Assembly: GCA_946497145.1 (NCBI GenBank)
Contig: CAMMJA010000002.1
Coordinates: forward strand, 4,332-68,331
Length of the DNA stretch: 64,000 nt
Source: an uncultured Mycoplasmatota bacterium
GTDB lineage: Bacteria > Bacillota_I > Bacilli_A > RF39 > UBA660
Direction of reading: 5' to 3'
Positions 59,333 through 64,000 of this stretch are shown here, piece after piece. A program made the position numbers and the translations under genes. Positions within the stretch are counted from its first letter, which is position 1; every line of letters starts with the position of its first letter. The notes beneath the pieces are model-generated. The model was given only the letters and a program-made list of their open reading frames with translations. It was not told the DNA's origin and made no database searches.

Positions 59333-60804
59333 TCTAACTCCTCTATCAGAAAATAATGTTTATCGCCTTTGGTATAATAATCTCTTGTAATAAACTTCAT
59401 ACCATATTGATATAGAACTTCTGCCTCATTTGACATTTGATTATATTCTAACATGTTTCTAGCTTTTTTGCTACCTTTTACATAAAAGAAAACATTTGCT
59501 TTGGAATTATATCCTGGTTTTAAAGAATACGCTTCAAAAGATTTTGCCTCATATACTTCTCCGACTGGATGTTGTGAAATAACAGTCTGTAATGCATGAT
59601 TATCTACCTGCAAAACTCTTGTGATAAATTCATCATTTTTGGAATTGTAGAAAGGTTGCTTATTTAGCGCTGTATATAAGTTTTTAACTAATCTTCTTTC
59701 TTTTCGATTTAATCTTTCTCCTCTATACATTTTTCTATTGATATCATAGAAATCGGCACTCTCCCATTTATTAATAGCGCTTTTTTCATTCCAATTCATA
59801 AGACTTTTATTTAACTTATCCCTAGTCATATCTAATTGATATGTTACTGTGCTTCTACACCAGTGAAAGTGATTGTTGATTGGTGGTAAATTCGCGCCTG
59901 CAACAAGACCAAATATTTTATAATTTACAATTCGTCCATCATCGTAACTATATCGTTGAAAAGTGTTCCAATCGTTCACAGAAAAAACTTGCTCGTCAAG
60001 CGATCTGCACATTTCCGTAGTTCTCTGATCTATTTCTGCTATAAATCTTACCTTGGCATTTTTGTCAACTTTTTTATAACCTTCCACCAAAGCATTGTTT
60101 ACTAATGATGTTACTTGTAGTTCTAAATCCCCACTAATTTTATCACCGTTAATATTCAAGTAACGTTTCCTTTGAGCATTTAAAATTGAGTCGTATATTG
60201 TTTTGTCGACAACCGGTTTACGGTCTTGTTGAATATCTATAACTGCTTGGCGATAAATTTGATCAGCATTGCTTAACATTGTAGCTTCAACATAATCATT
60301 CCAAATGTATCCCTTAGGATTAGGAAGTGCAAGCAACGATAACAACAAATAGTTAGGTAATCTACTAGGTTTCGATCTGTCGTTAGTTGCTCGATACACT
60401 TCTTCCTGCCCTTGTGCATATTTTGTATTTGCTACCTCATTAAACAATTTGTTTTCGTACTTATCTAGTTTAGAATGGTTTTTCACATAGGTTTTGTAAA
60501 TCAATAAGTGTAATATTTCAAAATTTTTTACTCTACTCCTATTATGAATAGAATTTGCTAAATACTTGAAATATCCACTTAACAATCCGTCATCAGACCA
60601 TTCTTCAATCAATAAATCGATTTTTTTCTTTTGTTCTGATGCGGCATATTGAAAAATATTATCTTTGTTTATATCCAGCGAATCAAAAATTGCTTGAATA
60701 TCATTTTTTAACCGTTGATTTAGTTTTATATATTTCGTTTTAAACTGTTTTAGTAACTTGTCAGTGTCATTCCATCTCGTTTGTAGTATCTGCTCTCTCG
60801 TCAT
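59329..60804 (-). CDS. minor head protein (SPP1 gp7/Mu F-like) fused to a C-terminal ADP-ribosyltransferase domain
   Basis: Central NxHxxCRS-type motif (PINNHFHWCRST). The C-terminus carries YDINRKMYRG, ITRV, SFEAYS and NEAEV, matching an R / S-x-S / E-x-E layout. Confidence 0.85.
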   Translation of the reverse strand: MTREQILQTRWNDTDKLLKQFKTKYIKLNQRLKNDIQAIFDSLDINKDNIFQYAASEQKKKIDLLIEEWSDDGLLSGYFKYLANSIHNRSRVKNFEILHLLIYKTYVKNHSKLDKYENKLFNEVANTKYAQGQEEVYRATNDRSKPSRLPNYLLLSLLALPNPKGYIWNDYVEATMLSNADQIYRQAVIDIQQDRKPVVDKTIYDSILNAQRKRYLNINGDKISGDLELQVTSLVNNALVEGYKKVDKNAKVRFIAEIDQRTTEMCRSLDEQVFSVNDWNTFQRYSYDDGRIVNYKIFGLVAGANLPPINNHFHWCRSTVTYQLDMTRDKLNKSLMNWNEKSAINKWESADFYDINRKMYRGERLNRKERRLVKNLYTALNKQPFYNSKNDEFITRVLQVDNHALQTVISQHPVGEVYEAKSFEAYSLKPGYNSKANVFFYVKGSKKARNMLEYNQMSNEAEVLYQYGMKFITRDYYTKGDKHYFLIEELE

Positions 60805-62284
60805 CTACTTCTTCCTCTTTTTCAGCATTTGTATTATCTCCAAACTTTTGAGTTCTTTCCAAGTTTTTATTAAAATTCTCGTCTGTTTCCTCGTCTCTTA
60901 ACGCTATTTCACTTTCGCTGTCCAGCTCGTACGGCAAATGATCAATCACTGTTTTATCGCTTAATAGGCCACGTAGTTTTAACCAGCCATCAATAATTTC
61001 TTGATTATTCTGTGGCAAATTACGAGTTAGGATAATTTCAATATCTCTAAAATCATACTTAGTATTCTTTTTAGTATTTATTCTATCTACAATATTTTCC
61101 CACATTCTTAACAATTCTTTTTTGAACAATTTATCTGCTTGAATCAATACTTGCTCTAAAGGGAAAAATTTCTTTTCTAAGGCGCTTGAATTATCGGCAT
61201 TAGTAAAACCTTGATCTGTTACGTTTGGTACCCCAGAAATCATAAGAGCCATATCTAAACACGTCTTTTTGTGATTTTCGCTGGCTGTATCATTGACATT
61301 CTTGATTATCCAGTCTATATCGCCATCACTTTTATCAGGTGTATAAAACACCTTTGCATTTAATATTAAATTATCTTCTTCTATTCTAGCGGGATTTTGA
61401 ATCATTTTTACATTTCCAAATTCGTCAACAACAATATTTCCGTTTTCGTCTCTTTCTTCTATCATCACTTCATTTTGAGGTTTATAACCGATTACTTTTA
61501 ATTTTGCATCGTCGTTGTATTGAAAAGTATTAGCGTTATTTCGAATAACTTGTTCGTACTTATCTATCAAAGTAATAACATTTTCAAATATTCCTATGTT
61601 ATCAGGGTTTTCAACTACTAAAGCAGGAATAAGCAACCATTTAACATCTTGCCTTTCGTCCTCTAATTCCTTAAAATTTTCCGATTGTAGTTTTTCATTA
61701 ACATAGTATCTTTTAAAATCTTCAGTAATCAATTCAACTTTATTCACAGCATTTCCGTTTGCATCAGTTTCTTCCCAACTTCTTAATACTCCAATCAATT
61801 GTCTTGGAGTTGAATAATCCCAAATACCAATCGTGTTCAATGCACTAGTATGTGCATATACGATCTCGTTGTCACTATTTTCATAAAGCAAACCATATCC
61901 TGCTCGCATTATTAAGTAATCCTTGGCTACATCATAAAAAAAACTAGAATTATCATTGTAGTCTTTAATATAATCTAAAATCACTTGAAATGAATCGGCG
62001 TCGTTATTTTCTCCAAATATTTTATCAAAAAATTTTTGTATAATATTTCTTTTTATCTCGTTTTCTTCTTTCTTTACTTTATAAACAGGATCTTTACCTG
62101 CAAAATAACCGCAGGCAATATTGGAAATGTAATATTCAAGAGCGATTTTAACGTCACTTAAATCTTTTTTTCTAGTATATCTGTTATATAATTCTTTTCG
62201 CTCATTCCATTCTTTTTCTGCTTCATTCAATAATTGAGAAATATTTTCTTCTTTTTCTATATATTCTTTTGTATATTGTAACCT
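60767..62284 (-). CDS. portal protein (SPP1 gp6-like); no canonical start near the SD
   Basis: Portal-like sequence. Frame is open from 62302. AAGGAGG (62299-62293)-N8-AGG at 62284. The first canonical start is a TTG at 62230 without an SD. Confidence 0.86.
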   Translation of the reverse strand, partial: RLQYTKEYIEKEENISQLLNEAEKEWNERKELYNRYTRKKDLSDVKIALEYYISNIACGYFAGKDPVYKVKKEENEIKRNIIQKFFDKIFGENNDADSFQVILDYIKDYNDNSSFFYDVAKDYLIMRAGYGLLYENSDNEIVYAHTSALNTIGIWDYSTPRQLIGVLRSWEETDANGNAVNKVELITEDFKRYYVNEKLQSENFKELEDERQDVKWLLIPALVVENPDNIGIFENVITLIDKYEQVIRNNANTFQYNDDAKLKVIGYKPQNEVMIEERDENGNIVVDEFGNVKMIQNPARIEEDNLILNAKVFYTPDKSDGDIDWIIKNVNDTASENHKKTCLDMALMISGVPNVTDQGFTNADNSSALEKKFFPLEQVLIQADKLFKKELLRMWENIVDRINTKKNTKYDFRDIEIILTRNLPQNNQEIIDGWLKLRGLLSDKTVIDHLPYELDSESEIALRDEETDENFNKNLERTQKFGDNTNAEKEEEVDDERADTTNEME

Positions 62285-62297
62285 ACTATTCTCCTCC

Positions 62298-63707
62298 TTA
62301 AATTATTTTGGTGTATCCAAAACTCATGGTATTAGGATTGCTATTTTCGTAAACGCCTGTTGTACAATCGGGTGCATCATCATGTTCATTTTTTCCTTCA
62401 CGTTGATATTTTTTCATCGACTTTGCATATTCAGGCCATCTCGTTTCCCAATCAATGGGGAAAAAAACATTGTTCATAACTCCTGTACTGTTGGACAAGA
62501 TTCTAGCTTGTTTATTTTCCGATTGATGAAACCAATCTATTTTTGTATGATGATTCTTCCTTTCTTTCAACTCTCTGGTAACATTCCTAGCAAATCCACG
62601 ACCGCCGTTATTAGATTCAATTTTTGCGTAACCAACACGATCTTTAGTTAACATATCAGCAACCGCTGGTTCTGTAATTTCCATTGGGTCCTTTGTAAAA
62701 ATAATATCTATAACGTATTTTTGATTATTAAAGGAAACTCCATAATTCATTGAACATAAATAATCATCTCCTTCATCAGCCGTATCTGTATAGTTCATTA
62801 TATATTTAAAAGGTGGAACTTTCTCATACTGATATGTCATAAATTTACTGTACAAACGTCCTTTTACGTCAATTGGCTCTTGTTGATAATTGGCTTCAAC
62901 AATATCCTTATTCATATTTTTTATTTTGATGTCATAATCTTTGCGTGATAAAATTTCTTCACATAACATAGTTCCGTCTTCTTGTAACGCTTTATGTTTA
63001 ATTATCCTGACTAAATCACCAAATTCTTCTATAATTTTTCCTGCCAAATCGTTTGTAGCCCATCGAGTCATAAAAACAATAACTTTCCAATTTCCTTCCA
63101 GACGAGAAAGCATAGTGTTATTAAACCAATCCCAAATTTTCTCTAATGTTCGCTCGTTGTATACTTCTTCAGCACTTTTAATAACATCATCAATTATCAA
63201 TATATTAGCACCAAATCCAGTAGCCGTTCCTCCCGGAGATGTAGCCAAATAATTTTTTTGTTTACTTCCTCTTAATGCCCATAAGTTAGCGCTTGCCTCT
63301 CCATACTTGATCATAGTTTCAGGAAATATATCGTTATACACCAATCTAGTTTTATCAATCTTTATTTCGGATATCGTATCTCTAACTTGCCTTGCAAACA
63401 TAGTAGACAAGATTTCATTATATGATCCCGTCATAATCTTTAATTCTTTATTTTTTCCAAATAACCATTCACAAGTATTTTTACTAGTAAAACTCTTCCC
63501 GTGACGTGGTGGCTCATTTAAAATTAAAAATTTATGATTCATATCATTTTCAATAAAATCTTGTATTTCTTCACATATATTTTTTAGATATATCCTGTCA
63601 TCTTTATAAAAAGTAGGATATCTTAATCGGCAATAGTCATATAAATTTCTTCGTGCTAATTCTTTTTTTGCTTCAATCTGTATATATTTAGGTATTTTAC
63701 TTTCCAT
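62298..63707 (-). CDS. terminase large subunit
   Basis: Walker-A-like PPRHGKS, IIDD Walker B and a C-terminal nuclease region, in the position between terS and portal. Confidence 0.92.
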   Translation of the reverse strand: MESKIPKYIQIEAKKELARRNLYDYCRLRYPTFYKDDRIYLKNICEEIQDFIENDMNHKFLILNEPPRHGKSFTSKNTCEWLFGKNKELKIMTGSYNEILSTMFARQVRDTISEIKIDKTRLVYNDIFPETMIKYGEASANLWALRGSKQKNYLATSPGGTATGFGANILIIDDVIKSAEEVYNERTLEKIWDWFNNTMLSRLEGNWKVIVFMTRWATNDLAGKIIEEFGDLVRIIKHKALQEDGTMLCEEILSRKDYDIKIKNMNKDIVEANYQQEPIDVKGRLYSKFMTYQYEKVPPFKYIMNYTDTADEGDDYLCSMNYGVSFNNQKYVIDIIFTKDPMEITEPAVADMLTKDRVGYAKIESNNGGRGFARNVTRELKERKNHHTKIDWFHQSENKQARILSNSTGVMNNVFFPIDWETRWPEYAKSMKKYQREGKNEHDDAPDCTTGVYENSNPNTMSFGYTKII

Positions 63708-64000
63708 TAGCCAATCTTCTCAATTCTTCCTCATTCAAATTAGCATATGGATTAGATATGTTCCCGCTATGACTAAATTCTTGTTTGTCTTCCCAACCGA
63801 AGTTATTTTTCAAATTAAAAATAACACCTGTTGCATTAGGAAAAAATAATCTTTCTTCTGCGAATTTTTCGACTCTATTGCGGGCTTTTTTTATCGTGAG
63901 GAAAAATTTATCATCTTTGGAATAATTTAATAACGATTTTCTGTCCATATCCAAAGCCAACGCTAAACCACTCATTGTATATGGCATATGTTTTTCGTCG
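63697..64000 (-). CDS. terminase small subunit (may extend beyond the window)
   Basis: The HTH-like GLALALDMDRKSLLNY...IKKARNRVEKFAEERL is typical of terS. The frame is open to the window end. Confidence 0.75.
   Translation of the reverse strand, partial: DEKHMPYTMSGLALALDMDRKSLLNYSKDDKFFLTIKKARNRVEKFAEERLFFPNATGVIFNLKNNFGWEDKQEFSHSGNISNPYANLNEEELRRLANGK

Larger units (their letters stand above)
43959..64000. mobile_element. prophage (siphovirus-type), late-gene arm; continues beyond the window
   Basis: Contiguous minus-strand packaging, head, tail and lysis modules from 45182 to 64000, plus an accessory locus at 44073-45152. The left boundary is inferred from a tRNA 3'-end-like fragment at 43959-43975. 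Confidence 0.85.

Noticed and set aside
657-63504. Many 60-126-aa ORFs in the track lie antisense to, or nested inside, well-supported genes. Examples are 657..923, 1614..1805, 2779..3245, 5202..6177, 7010..9357, 18128..18508, 18617..19618, 28215..28577, 45186..45953, 53824..54146 and 62382..63504.
   Set aside because: They are shadow ORFs on the opposite strand or an alternative frame of long conserved genes. They have no SD and low-complexity or hydrophobic translations typical of AT-rich antisense frames.
45182-64000. Alternative genetic code in the prophage (TGA as Trp, or TAG as sense) as the explanation for the missing start codons.
   Set aside because: All long phage ORFs are intact under the standard code. 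TGA read-through would rescue only the head-closure gene, via an ATG four codons upstream of the TGA. The other cases are closed by TAA.
1-64000. CRISPR arrays, IS elements/transposases, integrons, rRNA genes.
   Set aside because: I found no regularly spaced direct repeats, no transposase-like ORFs with terminal inverted repeats, and no rRNA-like sequence.

Overview
Low-GC, Firmicutes-type chromosome segment. Some features look Erysipelotrichia/Mollicutes-like (N-domain-less ClpB behind a CIRCE operator, a Cse60 homologue), but taxonomy is inferred only. Bases 1-43.7 kb hold ordinary host genes: FemAB, MOP flippase, leuS behind a T-box, GH31, VanY, CapA, CorA, fhs, an ArsR-regulated P-type ATPase, a thioester-adhesin/sortase pair, clpB, ctp, cdaA-cdaR, sodA, a YtrA-type ABC operon and two tRNAs. 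From about 43.96 kb to the window end lies the late-gene arm of a siphovirus-type prophage, all on the minus strand: terS, terL, portal, minor head protein, scaffold, capsid, connectors, major tail, G/G-T chaperone, tape measure, tail tip, fibres and the lysis cassette. A small accessory (moron) locus sits at the prophage end. Four things deserve a second look. (1) At least five late genes have a normally spaced Shine-Dalgarno and an open, protein-like frame, but T-AGG where the start codon should be. (2) A roughly 230-nt ORF-free, GC-enriched, highly structured RNA candidate sits between the minor-head and scaffold genes, closed by a 15-bp long-range helix whose G-U pairs work only in the gene-sense transcript. 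(3) The prophage end carries a divergent promoter pair driving a four-hairpin sRNA candidate and an RHH-like protein. (4) The minor head protein is fused to an ADP-ribosyltransferase domain. I found no CRISPR array, IS element or rRNA. All calls come from reading the sequence and the ORF track; no searches were run.
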